This document shows, in pieces, positions 30,606 through 39,587 of a stretch of 64,000 nt of DNA. A program made the position numbers and the translations under genes. The notes beneath the pieces were generated by a model. The model did not search any database, was not told the origin of the DNA, and worked only from the letters and a program-made list of their open reading frames with translations. Position 1 is the first letter of the stretch. The number at the start of each line of letters is the position of its first letter. This DNA comes from Candidatus Latescibacterota bacterium (GTDB taxonomy: Bacteria > Latescibacterota > UBA2968 > UBA8231): NCBI GenBank assembly GCA_965221775.1, contig CBDCSU010000006.1, positions 288,001 to 352,000 of the forward strand, read 5' to 3'.

Positions 30606-31268
30606 TCAGGAGTCGAGGCCGAGGGCGTCCACGGCGGCCTGGGCGACGGCGGCGGGCGGGCCGTCGGTGGCCAGCCGCACCGCCCCTTCCCAGACGGGCA
30701 GGGAGGTCACGGATGAGGCGAAGCTCTCGAACCAGGGGCGGTCGGAGCGCGAGCCCCGGGCCTGCAGCCGCCGGCGCCAGCTCTCGCGCTCCGGGGCGTC
30801 GAGGTGGAGGACGGTGAGCCGCGCCGGGGCCACGGCCTCGCCGAGGGCGGGCCACAGGGACGGGCAGGCCAGCTCCGGGCCCCAGCCGCCGGCCAGGAAG
30901 ACCACCCGCCGGCCGACGAGGTTGGCGCAGGCCGTGGCCACGGCCCCGGAGTACTCGAGCGGGCGCAGCCGCCGCCAGTAGCGGTCGGTGCCGTAGGCCC
31001 CGGCCCCGGGGACGCCGTCCTGGCGCGCCGCCTCGAGGACGAAGGCGCCGGCGGCGGCGTCCTTGTCGACGCACACGGACCCTGGCACCACCGGAAGGAG
31101 CCGGGCCACGAGGGCTGTCTTGCCCACCCCCGGGGGACCCGCGACGACGACCAGCCGGGAACCCGGGGCCCCCGGGGCGGCGGCCTCGAGCACGGCGCGC
31201 ACCGTCGGCGCCGCGTCGGGGCGGGACTCCGCGTAGCCGCCGCCCAGTCGCGAGACGGGGGCGGTCAC
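30606..31268 (-). CDS. P-loop (AAA_33-like) kinase
   Basis: GTG overlaps the upstream stop. Walker A GPPGVGKT, then VDKD, RPLEY and a lid-like RRLQARGSRSD. Confidence 0.75.
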   Translation of the reverse strand: MTAPVSRLGGGYAESRPDAAPTVRAVLEAAAPGAPGSRLVVVAGPPGVGKTALVARLLPVVPGSVCVDKDAAAGAFVLEAARQDGVPGAGAYGTDRYWRRLRPLEYSGAVATACANLVGRRVVFLAGGWGPELACPSLWPALGEAVAPARLTVLHLDAPERESWRRRLQARGSRSDRPWFESFASSVTSLPVWEGAVRLATDGPPAAVAQAAVDALGLDS

Positions 31269-32002
31269 GGCGACGGCGCGCCCCGGTCCCGCGGTTGCCA
31301 GCCCAGCTCCTTGCCGCTCTCCAGGTCCCACTTGAGCTCGCCGCCGAGGGAGGCGCCGTAGACGATGGCGAACTTCGGGTCGGGGCCGGCCAGGCAGCAG
31401 TGGGTCAGCTCGGCCATGTCCCGCGACGAGAGCCAGCGGTTCATGCCCGGTTCGTACCGGGAGTTCACCTCGTCCGTCTCCGGGAAGTTGGCGATGCGGA
31501 TGTTGTAGCAGGAGATCCCGTGCTTGTCGTAGTAGAACCGCCCGAGGGCCTCGCCGTAGGCCTTGCTGACGCCGTACATGCTGTCCGGGCGCACCGGCAG
31601 CTCGGGCCGCGAGACGGCGCCCTCCATCTCGTAGAAGCCGGTGACGTGGTTGGTGCTCGCGAAGACGACCTTGGGAACGCCGTTGATGCGCGCCGACTCG
31701 AAGATGTTGTAGGTGCCGCGGATGTTGGTCTCGAAGATCATCTGGTTGTACAGCGTCCGCGGAGAGCCGTGGCCGGAGACGGCGATGCCCAGGTGGACGA
31801 TGGCGTGCACGCCTTCCCCGATCTCGATCATGCACTCCAGGTTGGAGAGATCGGAGACCACCACCTGGTCTCCGGGCTCGACCTCGGGCACGGTGCGGTG
31901 GAAGAGGAGGCGGAAGTCGTAGCGGTCGCGCAGGTAGCGCCGCAGGGCGCTGCCGACCTTGCCGGCGGCGCCGGTGATCAGGATGCGTTTACGGTCAGCC
32001 AT
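31265..32002 (-). CDS. NAD-dependent epimerase/dehydrogenase (uronate dehydrogenase-like SDR)
   Basis: ILITGAAGKVG, NIRGTYN, FASTNHVTG, RPDSMYGVSK (YxxxK) and WLS.RD. Confidence 0.88.
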   Translation of the reverse strand: MADRKRILITGAAGKVGSALRRYLRDRYDFRLLFHRTVPEVEPGDQVVVSDLSNLECMIEIGEGVHAIVHLGIAVSGHGSPRTLYNQMIFETNIRGTYNIFESARINGVPKVVFASTNHVTGFYEMEGAVSRPELPVRPDSMYGVSKAYGEALGRFYYDKHGISCYNIRIANFPETDEVNSRYEPGMNRWLSSRDMAELTHCCLAGPDPKFAIVYGASLGGELKWDLESGKELGWQPRDRGAPSP

Positions 32003-32625
32003 TCTCTCGACCATTGGTTTCGGGTGAGGACAGGAGTGATCGGATTCTGCCCCGTCGGCGGCGGGCCAGGGCGATCTCGGCGGCGCCCAAGAGCAGGAGC
32101 CACGCCAGGCCACCCAGCACCGCCCACCAGGCCGCCGCCGGCCCGGCTCCCGCGGCGGCGGCGCAGGGCAGGGCGACGGCCGCCGTGAGGGCGTGGAGCA
32201 GGAGGACCGCCCGGGTGCGGTCGAAGCCGGCGGCCACCAGCCGGTGGCTGACGTGGCGGTTGTCGCCGACCCACGGCGCCGCCCCCCGGCGCACCGGCGG
32301 CGCCGGTGATCAGGATGCGTTTACGGTCAGCCATTCTCTCGACCATTGGTTTCGGGTGAGGACAGGAGTGATCGGATTCTGCCCCGTCGGCGGCGGGCCA
32401 GGGCGATCTCGGCGGCGCCCAAGAGCAGGAGCCACGCCAGGCCACCCAGCACCGCCCACCAGGCCGCCGCCGGCCCGGCTCCCGCGGCGGCGGCGCAGGG
32501 CAGGGCGACGGCCGCCGTGAGGGCGTGGAGCAGGAGGACCGCCCGGGTGCGGTCGAAGCCGGCGGCCACCAGCCGGTGGCTGACGTGGCGGTTGTCGCCG
32601 ACCCAAGGCGCCGCCCCCCGGCGCA
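31962..32625. repeat. 332-bp tandem duplication (31962-32293 / 32294-32625)
   Basis: The copies are identical by eye except C32274/A32606. The unit spans the 3' end of the WecA/MraY-like gene and the 5' end of the SDR gene. Confidence 0.93.
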
Positions 32626-33526
32626 GCCGCAGCCAGACGACGGTGACCAGGTCGTACGCCGGCAGCCCGAAGGGCAGCAGCGGCAGCAGCAGCAAGGGAG
32701 CGGCGGAGAGGCCGGTGGCCGCCCCCGCCAGCTGCGAGCTGAGGGACACGGAGACGGCTCCGGACAGGAAGCCGAGGAGCAGCCCCCCGGCGTCGCCCAG
32801 GAAGATCGAGGCGGCCGGGAAGTTGTGGACCAGGAAGCCGCCCGAGGCCCCGGCCGAGGCCAGGCAGAGAGCGGCCAGGGGCAGGTGTCCGGCGGCCAGG
32901 GCGAGGGCGGCGCAGGCGCCCAGTCCGAGGACGGCCAGACCCGCGGCCAGGCCGTCCATGTTGTCGAGGAAGTTGAAGGCGTTGGTCAGGGCCACGATCC
33001 ACAGAATGCTCAGCACCGCGGCCAGCGCCGTGCTTCCGCCCGGGGCCGCCAGGCGGAACCCCGGCACCCAGAGGACGATCGCCGCTCCGAGGGCGGCCTG
33101 CACGCCCAGGCGCAGGGCCGGCGGCAGGGGCCGGCGGTCGTCGGCCAGGCCGAGGAGCATGATCGCCGTGGCCGCCCCGAGCAGGCACAGGACCTGGCTC
33201 ACCTCGCGGACCGTGGGGCTCCAGCTCTCCAGGGGGAAGAAGGCGTACGGCGCCCAGGGGCCGATCCACCCGACCCCGTCGTGGATCAGGTCGGGGCGGG
33301 CGGCGGCGAGCCAAGCGGCGGCGGCGCCGAGGGGGATGCAGGCGCCGACCCAGATGGCGAGTCCGCCGCCGCAGGGTGTGGTGCGGCTGTGGGTCTTGTA
33401 GTCGGCGTCCTGCGGGTCGTCCACCAGGCCGGCGCGCAGGGCCAGGCGGCGGACGGCAGGCACCGCCGCCGACGCCAGGAGCAGGGCGCCGAGGGCGTAC
33501 GCGGACAGCAGGAGCAGGGGGGTCAA
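32327..33526 (-). CDS. MraY/WecA family polyprenyl-phosphate HexNAc-1-phosphate transferase
   Basis: KTH..TP.GGGLAI, LGLADD, NAFNFLDNMDGLA, NFPAASIFLGDAG and GDNRHVSHRL. TTG start at 33526 after GGAG. Confidence 0.9.
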   Translation of the reverse strand: MTPLLLLSAYALGALLLASAAVPAVRRLALRAGLVDDPQDADYKTHSRTTPCGGGLAIWVGACIPLGAAAAWLAAARPDLIHDGVGWIGPWAPYAFFPLESWSPTVREVSQVLCLLGAATAIMLLGLADDRRPLPPALRLGVQAALGAAIVLWVPGFRLAAPGGSTALAAVLSILWIVALTNAFNFLDNMDGLAAGLAVLGLGACAALALAAGHLPLAALCLASAGASGGFLVHNFPAASIFLGDAGGLLLGFLSGAVSVSLSSQLAGAATGLSAAPLLLLPLLPFGLPAYDLVTVVWLRLRRGAAPWVGDNRHVSHRLVAAGFDRTRAVLLLHALTAAVALPCAAAAGAGPAAAWWAVLGGLAWLLLLGAAEIALARRRRGRIRSLLSSPETNGRENG

Positions 33527-33605
33527 GGCACTCCGGATCTGGCGACGGGTTGGCGGGGAGGGGCTTATTATACCACCCCACCCGAGCCGCGGACAGGAGG
33601 CGTGC

Positions 33606-34841
33606 ATGCTGGCCATCGACGGCGGAAAGCCCCTTCGAGAGACTCCCTTCCCGCCCCGCGCCCTGTTCGGCGCCGCCGAGAGAGACGCCGCCCTGCGGCT
33701 CTTCGACGGGGCGGTCGAAAGCGGATCCCCCATCGGCTACGGCGGCCCCGAGGAGCAGGCCTACGAGGCCGAGTTCGCCGCCGCCCACGGAGGCGGCTTC
33801 GCCGACCTGGTGAACTCGGGCACCTCGGCGCTCTACGCCGCCCTCGGCGGGCTGGAGCTGGAGCCGGCCTCGGAAGTGGTGGTGCCGCCGATCAGCGACC
33901 CCGGGGGCGTCATGCCCGTGGCGCTGCTCAACCTGGTGCCCGTTGTGGCCGACGCCGCCCCCGGCAGCTTCAACGCCGGCCCCGAGCAGATCGAGGCGGT
34001 CCTGTCCCCGCGCACCCGGGCGATCGTGGTGGCCCACATCGCCGGGGAGCCGGCGGAGATGGGCGCCATCCTCGAGCTGGCCCGCGGCCGCGGCGTGCCG
34101 CTGATCGAGGACTGCGCCCAGGCCCACGGGGCCCGCTTCGGCGGGCGCATGGCCGGCACACTCGGCACGCTGGGGGTGTTCTCCACCATGAGCGGCAAGC
34201 ACCACGCCACCGGACCCCAGGGCGGGGTCGTGTTCACCGCCGACGAGGACCTCGGCTGGCGCTGCAAGCGCTTCGCCGACCGCGGCAAGCCCCTCGGCCT
34301 GGAGGGCGGCTCCTCCAACGTGCGCGCCGGTCTCAACCTCAACGGCAACGACCTGGCCGCGGCGGTGGGGCGGGTGCAGCTGCGGCGGCTGCCGGAGATC
34401 GTCGCCGGACGGCGCCGGGTGGCGCAGGCGGTCGCCGCGGGCCTGGAGTCGATCGGGGGCGTCGGCTGCGCCCCGGAGCTCCCGGGCGCCGAGGCCGTGT
34501 ACTGGTTCCAGCGTGTCCACGTAGATGGGGATCGATTCACCGTCGGCAAGGACCGCTTCGCCCGCGCCGTGGCCGCCGAGGGCATCCCGGTGAACCCGGC
34601 CTACCGGTTCCTGGTGGGCGAGGCCGAGTGGTTCCGCCGGCGGCGGGTCTTCCCGCCCGGCGACTATCCGTGGGGCCTGCCGGAGTACGGCGGCGACCGC
34701 AACGCGCAGTTCCCCTGCCCCAACGCCGTGGAGGCCGTGGAGAGCCACTTCTCCTTCGCCGTCCACGAGAACTGGGGCGAGGCGGAGGTGGCCGACACGG
34801 TCGCGGCGGTCGGCAAGGTGGCCGAGGCGTACGCGGCGTGA
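33606..34841 (+). CDS. DegT/DnrJ/EryC1/StrS family PLP aminotransferase
   Basis: MLAIDGGKP, NSGTSAL, LIEDCAQAHGA and FS...KH..TG.QGG. AGGAGG SD. Confidence 0.9.
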   Translation: MLAIDGGKPLRETPFPPRALFGAAERDAALRLFDGAVESGSPIGYGGPEEQAYEAEFAAAHGGGFADLVNSGTSALYAALGGLELEPASEVVVPPISDPGGVMPVALLNLVPVVADAAPGSFNAGPEQIEAVLSPRTRAIVVAHIAGEPAEMGAILELARGRGVPLIEDCAQAHGARFGGRMAGTLGTLGVFSTMSGKHHATGPQGGVVFTADEDLGWRCKRFADRGKPLGLEGGSSNVRAGLNLNGNDLAAAVGRVQLRRLPEIVAGRRRVAQAVAAGLESIGGVGCAPELPGAEAVYWFQRVHVDGDRFTVGKDRFARAVAAEGIPVNPAYRFLVGEAEWFRRRRVFPPGDYPWGLPEYGGDRNAQFPCPNAVEAVESHFSFAVHENWGEAEVADTVAAVGKVAEAYAA

Positions 34842-34951
34842 GGGCTCCTGCCCCGGCGCCCGCGCACCGCTTTGACTCCCATTTGGCCCCCGAGTACCTT
34901 AGCCGTTCAGTCCAATTGCTAACTCCAGTAAAACCAGAAAGGTAGCGCTTC

Positions 34952-37900
34952 TTGAAGCCCTCCCTCCGGGTGGCTGCCGCCGTCCTTCTGCTCGCCGCCG
35001 CCGCCGGCGCCCAGTCGCGCAGCTTCCGAACCGATCACTTCATCATCACCTATGTCCCCGGTACCGAGCGCACCGCCCGGCGCGTGGCCGAGGTCGCCGA
35101 GGAGGTCTTCCCCCACCTGGCCTCCGCCTTCGGCTACTACGACGACTACGCGCCGATCCACATCCGCGTCCGCGACGACTCCGACTACGGCAACGGCGCG
35201 GCTTCCGACTACACCAACGATGTCTACATCTGGGCCTCCAACCTCGACTGGGAGATCCGCGGCGAGCACGACTGGATCCGCAACGTGCTCACCCACGAGA
35301 TCACCCACGTGATGACCATCGACAAGGCGCGCAAGAAGTGGCCCTTCCGCTTCGGCCTGGTGCAGGTCAGCCGCTTCGACTCCAACCCCGACATCTCCTT
35401 CAACTTTCCCCTCTATTACCTCAACACCCCCAAGTGGTGGATCGAGGGCATCGCCCAGATGGGTCCCTACGAGTTCGGCTGGGACACCTGGGACTCCCAC
35501 CGCGACATGATCCTGCGCATGGCGGTGCTCGAGGACGACCTCCACAGCTACAACGAGCTGGGGACCCTGAGCAACCGCACCGGCGGCTACCGCGCCGAGA
35601 TGGTCTACAACCAGGGGTTCGCCCTGTGCATCTACATCGCCCACCAGTACGGCCGCGACAAGCTCGACCAGCTCCAGGAGCACGTGGGCTTCCTGAGCTT
35701 CGAGGTCGCCATCCGGCGGGTCCTCGGCATATCGGCGGGCCAGCTCTACCGCGACTGGGTGCGGTTCCTCCGGGAGGAGTACGACAGGCAGGTCGACGGG
35801 ATCCTCACCGAGGGCTTCTTCGAGGGCACCGACCTGGGCGACGTCAACGGCGGCGTCCTCGACTACCACCCCGCGTACTCGCCGGACGGCCGCAAGCTGG
35901 CGTACATCAGCAGCGAGGACCGCGACTACCGCATCCCCCAGCTGATCATCTACGACCTGGATACCGGCAAGCGGCGCTCCCTCGACGGCTGGGTGGACAC
36001 GCGCGTCTCCTGGTCGCCCGACGGCGAGAAGGTCTACTTCCTGCGCAGCCGCCGCGGTCACAACGATCTGGCCGTGTACGACCTCGCCTCCGAGAAGGAG
36101 CACCGCCTCAGCGCCCGGCTGAGGGCCCGCGACCCCCACGTGAGCCCCGACGGCCGGCAGGTCGTCTTCACCCGGCTGCGGGACGGCAACTCGAACCTCT
36201 GCCTGATGGAGGTGGACGGCACCGGGCTGCGCCAGCTCACCGACTTCGAGGACGGCGCCCAGATCTACAGTCCGCGCTGGTCGCCCGACGGGGAGTGGCT
36301 GCTCTTCAGCATCTTCCGGGGGCAGGACCGGGACATCGCCATGATGCGCGCCGACAGCCCGGCCAAGCCCAAGGACTGGGGGCTGCGCGACCGCAAGCTC
36401 AAGGTCCGGAGCCCGGCCGCCGCCGACAGCGCCGCCGCCGATTCCGGGGCCGCCGCCAAGGGCGGCGCCTGGTCCGACAGCCTCAACTATCCCCCGGCCG
36501 ACTCCTCGGGCTTCCGCCTGGTGCTGGCCACGCGGGCCGACGAGCGCGACCCCTGGTGGCTGCCCGACGGCAGCGGCTTCGTCTTCGCCTCGGACCGCAG
36601 CGGCATCTTCAACCTCTACCGCCACGACCTCGCCTCCGGCGGCGTGGTGCAGATCACCAACGTCGTGGGCGGCGCCTTCACGCCCACCGTCTCCGCCGAC
36701 GGCCGCGTGGCCTATGCCGGCTACCACGCCAACGACTTCGACCTGCGCGAGTTCGAGCTCGGCGCCTTCGAGCGCGAGGTGGCCTGGCCCGCGCCGCTGG
36801 GGCGGGACTACCAGAGCAAGTTCGAGCTGCCCAAGCTGTCCGAGGAGTACTCCCTCAACCCGCCCTACGGTCGCCGCCTGTACGACTTCATCCCCTTGCT
36901 GCAGGTGGGGCCAACCTTCATCGGCAACCAGTTCGGCCTCAACCAGGTCAGCGCCGGCGCCTTCCTCCTGACCACCAACGTCTTCGGCGGGGACTTCATG
37001 GCCCAGGGGATCCTCGGCAAGAACTTCCGCAGAAGGACCGACCTGAACACCGACCTCCTGCTGCTCTACGAGCGCCGGCTGTTCCCCGCCCAGGGCAACA
37101 ACCTGGCCTTCAGCCCCTCCATGTACGCCTTCGCCCGCAGGCGCGAGATCGACTACGTCATCAGCACCGAGTCGAGGCGGGACACCGTCGTCGCGCCGGG
37201 GACCGTGTACGCCGTGACCAGCGACTCCACAGCCTTCCTCATCCCCGACGCGTCCCGGCACATCTACGATGTCGAGACCCGCAAGAACCTCTTCAAGGAT
37301 GTCTTCGACCTCGGTGGCTTCGGCCTCGAGATCCCCCTCGGACGGCGCAACCAGTTCATCCTCCAGTACCTGCGGCGGGACTACTCCGAGAGCTGGGACC
37401 TCGAACGGCGCCGCTACCAGTACCAGACCTTCGTCGTTCAGGACAGCATGGACATCTCCGGTTCCCTGCCCCCGGAGCTGGTCAAGCAGGACACCCTGCT
37501 CATCGGTCCCGACGATCCCCACACCTGGTACCGGGGGCTCGACTTCTTCGACGCCCACGACCTGAGCCTCGTCTGGCGCCACCGCTACCTGAAGCCGACG
37601 AAGGACTATCTCATCAACCCCACGGGGCGCGCCGCGACCCTGGTCTACCGCTACCGGAAGGCGGCCCTCGCCGACTCCCTCTACAGCCTGGGCGAGCAGT
37701 CCGCGCTCCTCGACACCCCCTTCGACATCTACTCCGCCAAACGGCGTCCGGTGACGCTCAACGAGTACGTCTTCTCATACACCGAGCGCATCGGCCTGCC
37801 TTTCTACAACCGCCTGTCCCTGGAGGTGCTGGGAGCCTACCACAACTTCCGCCTGAAGCCGGGTTTCGTGGAGGGCGGGGGTCCCTTCGAGGGCCGGTTC

Positions 37901-38446
37901 TACTGGCCCCTGCGCTACTACATCGGCGGCCGGAACTTCCTCAGCGGCTATCCCTACTTCTTCCGTTCGGGGTCCAAGCTCCTGTACGGGAGGGCCGCGT
38001 ACAGCTTCCCGATCCTGCGCCGGATGAACGCGAGTTTCCTCAACTTCACTTTCGCCAAGGCCTACGCCGAGATCTTCGCCGAGACCGGCATGGTCTCCAA
38101 CGACAACACCCTCTCCCTCGGCGACCTCGATCTCGACCCCCGCAACGCGGTGAGCGACTTCCTGCGCGTCCTCGAGGAGGACTACCTGTCCGACGTGGGC
38201 GCCGAGCTGCGTGTCGAGATGTTCACCAGCTACCAGATCCCCCTGCGGGCGTACGTGCAGGTGGCCCATCCCCTGAGCCGCAACCGGCTGCAGCGGGAGG
38301 CTGCCATGGAGGTGGGACTCGATCCCGAGGATCCCGACGCGCCGCCGAAGATCGACAAGTGGCGCTACTACTTCGGCCTGGGGTTCTTCCCCTCGGACCT
38401 GCTCTCCGCCGGAGAGCGGCTCACGCAGACGCGCCTCTTCGACTGA
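34952..38446 (+). CDS. Large exported protein: HEXXH metallopeptidase-like domain, PD40/TolB propeller repeats and C-terminal beta-barrel
   Basis: Signal peptide, VLTHEITH and WWIEGIAQ, repeated SPDG motifs and an aromatic beta-strand C-terminus. Confidence 0.8.
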   Translation: MKPSLRVAAAVLLLAAAAGAQSRSFRTDHFIITYVPGTERTARRVAEVAEEVFPHLASAFGYYDDYAPIHIRVRDDSDYGNGAASDYTNDVYIWASNLDWEIRGEHDWIRNVLTHEITHVMTIDKARKKWPFRFGLVQVSRFDSNPDISFNFPLYYLNTPKWWIEGIAQMGPYEFGWDTWDSHRDMILRMAVLEDDLHSYNELGTLSNRTGGYRAEMVYNQGFALCIYIAHQYGRDKLDQLQEHVGFLSFEVAIRRVLGISAGQLYRDWVRFLREEYDRQVDGILTEGFFEGTDLGDVNGGVLDYHPAYSPDGRKLAYISSEDRDYRIPQLIIYDLDTGKRRSLDGWVDTRVSWSPDGEKVYFLRSRRGHNDLAVYDLASEKEHRLSARLRARDPHVSPDGRQVVFTRLRDGNSNLCLMEVDGTGLRQLTDFEDGAQIYSPRWSPDGEWLLFSIFRGQDRDIAMMRADSPAKPKDWGLRDRKLKVRSPAAADSAAADSGAAAKGGAWSDSLNYPPADSSGFRLVLATRADERDPWWLPDGSGFVFASDRSGIFNLYRHDLASGGVVQITNVVGGAFTPTVSADGRVAYAGYHANDFDLREFELGAFEREVAWPAPLGRDYQSKFELPKLSEEYSLNPPYGRRLYDFIPLLQVGPTFIGNQFGLNQVSAGAFLLTTNVFGGDFMAQGILGKNFRRRTDLNTDLLLLYERRLFPAQGNNLAFSPSMYAFARRREIDYVISTESRRDTVVAPGTVYAVTSDSTAFLIPDASRHIYDVETRKNLFKDVFDLGGFGLEIPLGRRNQFILQYLRRDYSESWDLERRRYQYQTFVVQDSMDISGSLPPELVKQDTLLIGPDDPHTWYRGLDFFDAHDLSLVWRHRYLKPTKDYLINPTGRAATLVYRYRKAALADSLYSLGEQSALLDTPFDIYSAKRRPVTLNEYVFSYTERIGLPFYNRLSLEVLGAYHNFRLKPGFVEGGGPFEGRFYWPLRYYIGGRNFLSGYPYFFRSGSKLLYGRAAYSFPILRRMNASFLNFTFAKAYAEIFAETGMVSNDNTLSLGDLDLDPRNAVSDFLRVLEEDYLSDVGAELRVEMFTSYQIPLRAYVQVAHPLSRNRLQREAAMEVGLDPEDPDAPPKIDKWRYYFGLGFFPSDLLSAGERLTQTRLFD

Positions 38447-38466
38447 CGCCGGCGGAAGGGGCGCCC

Positions 38467-38595
38467 TTGGCCGAAGTCGACCTGCGGAAGCTGGCCCTGC
38501 GCTTGAAGGTCGTGGAGATGCTGCGCCTGCTCTCGGAGCGGAGAAAGCTGGCCGAAGCGGCCCGGTTCTGGCGCCGCCTCGTACGTCCGAACTGA
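38467..38595 (+). CDS. Possible 42-aa basic helical protein
   Basis: TTG start after GGAAGGGG, host-like codons, LAEVDLRKLALRLKVVEMLRLL... Confidence 0.3.
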   Translation: MAEVDLRKLALRLKVVEMLRLLSERRKLAEAARFWRRLVRPN

Positions 38596-38653
38596 ACCAG
38601 CGGACAGATTCCGCCCCGGGGTCGGCGCCCGCGGCCGGCCTGGCCGCGCCGGA

Positions 38654-39184
38654 TCAGTCCGTCTGCCGAAGCCGCAGGAAGCCGACCAGCCGGCGGGCGT
38701 ATCCGATCGCCGACAGCAGCAGCAGGCCGGCCGTGATCCCCTGGAGCCACGAGGAGAGCGGCGGCTCTGCCGGCGCGGCCATGTACGCCAGGATCGTCAG
38801 GAACATCGCCCAAGTCGCCGCCTTTCCCGCCAGGCTCGGGCTCATGACACGGCGGCGGCGCAGCAGGACGGCGCCGGCTCCGAGGATGGCGGCATCCCTC
38901 ACCAGTTGCAGCAGCAGCAGCCAGGCCGGGAAGGACCGCCAGGCGACGAGGGCGCCGCAGACCGAGAGGATGAGGATCTTGTCCGCCACCGGGTCGAGGA
39001 TCCGCCCCAGGCGGGAGACCTGGTCGAGGCGGCGGGCGGCGATTCCGTCGAGGAGGTCGGTCGCGCCGGCGAGGCCGAGGAGGACCAGGGTGCCCGGGCC
39101 GGCCTGGCCGCCGTCCTCGCGGAGGCTGTAGAGGACCGCCGGCGCCAGGGCGATGCGCAGCAGGCTCAGGGCGTTGGCGAGCAT
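38654..39184 (-). CDS. CDP-alcohol phosphatidyltransferase (PgsA-like)
   Basis: ANALSLLR and TDLLDGIAARRLDQVSRLGRILDPVADK (DxxDGxxAR...GxxxDxxxD). Confidence 0.9.
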   Translation of the reverse strand: MLANALSLLRIALAPAVLYSLREDGGQAGPGTLVLLGLAGATDLLDGIAARRLDQVSRLGRILDPVADKILILSVCGALVAWRSFPAWLLLLQLVRDAAILGAGAVLLRRRRVMSPSLAGKAATWAMFLTILAYMAAPAEPPLSSWLQGITAGLLLLSAIGYARRLVGFLRLRQTD

Positions 39185-39305
39185 GGGCCGGCCCCCGGCC
39201 GAGTCAGATCTCGCGTGGCCCGGGGCGGGCCGGGGCGCCGCTCACCGCTGTCCCGGCACCGCCGCGGCGCAGCGTGCCGGAAGGCGCCGGGCGGCGGCGG
39301 CCCGA

Positions 39306-39587
39306 TCAGGCGCCATCGCCGGGATCCTCGTCGAGGGCCGCCTCGTCCTCGGCGTCGAGGAACTCCAGCTGGAAGTCGCCGCCGGCCTTCTCCACCAGCA
39401 CCTGGACGCGCTTGCGCGTCTCGTCCAGCAGGCGGGCGCAGGCCCGCGACGCGGCGATGCCGCGCTCGAAGACCTCCAGGGACTCGTCGAGGCCGAGCTC
39501 CCCCGACTCGAGGCGGGCGACGCAGTCCTCGAGCTGCTCCATGGCCTCCTCGAAGCTGGGGGCCGAATGCGGGCTCTCGCTGCTCAC
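39306..39587 (-). CDS. xseB: Exodeoxyribonuclease VII small subunit
   Basis: SFEEAMEQLE..V..LESGELGLDESLEVFERG. Directly downstream of xseA with a GTGA overlap. Confidence 0.92.
   Translation of the reverse strand: MSSESPHSAPSFEEAMEQLEDCVARLESGELGLDESLEVFERGIAASRACARLLDETRKRVQVLVEKAGGDFQLEFLDAEDEAALDEDPGDGA

Noticed and set aside
31978-32445. ORF repeating the SDR N-terminus as a separate gene
   Set aside because: It is a chimeric product of the 332-bp duplication junction.
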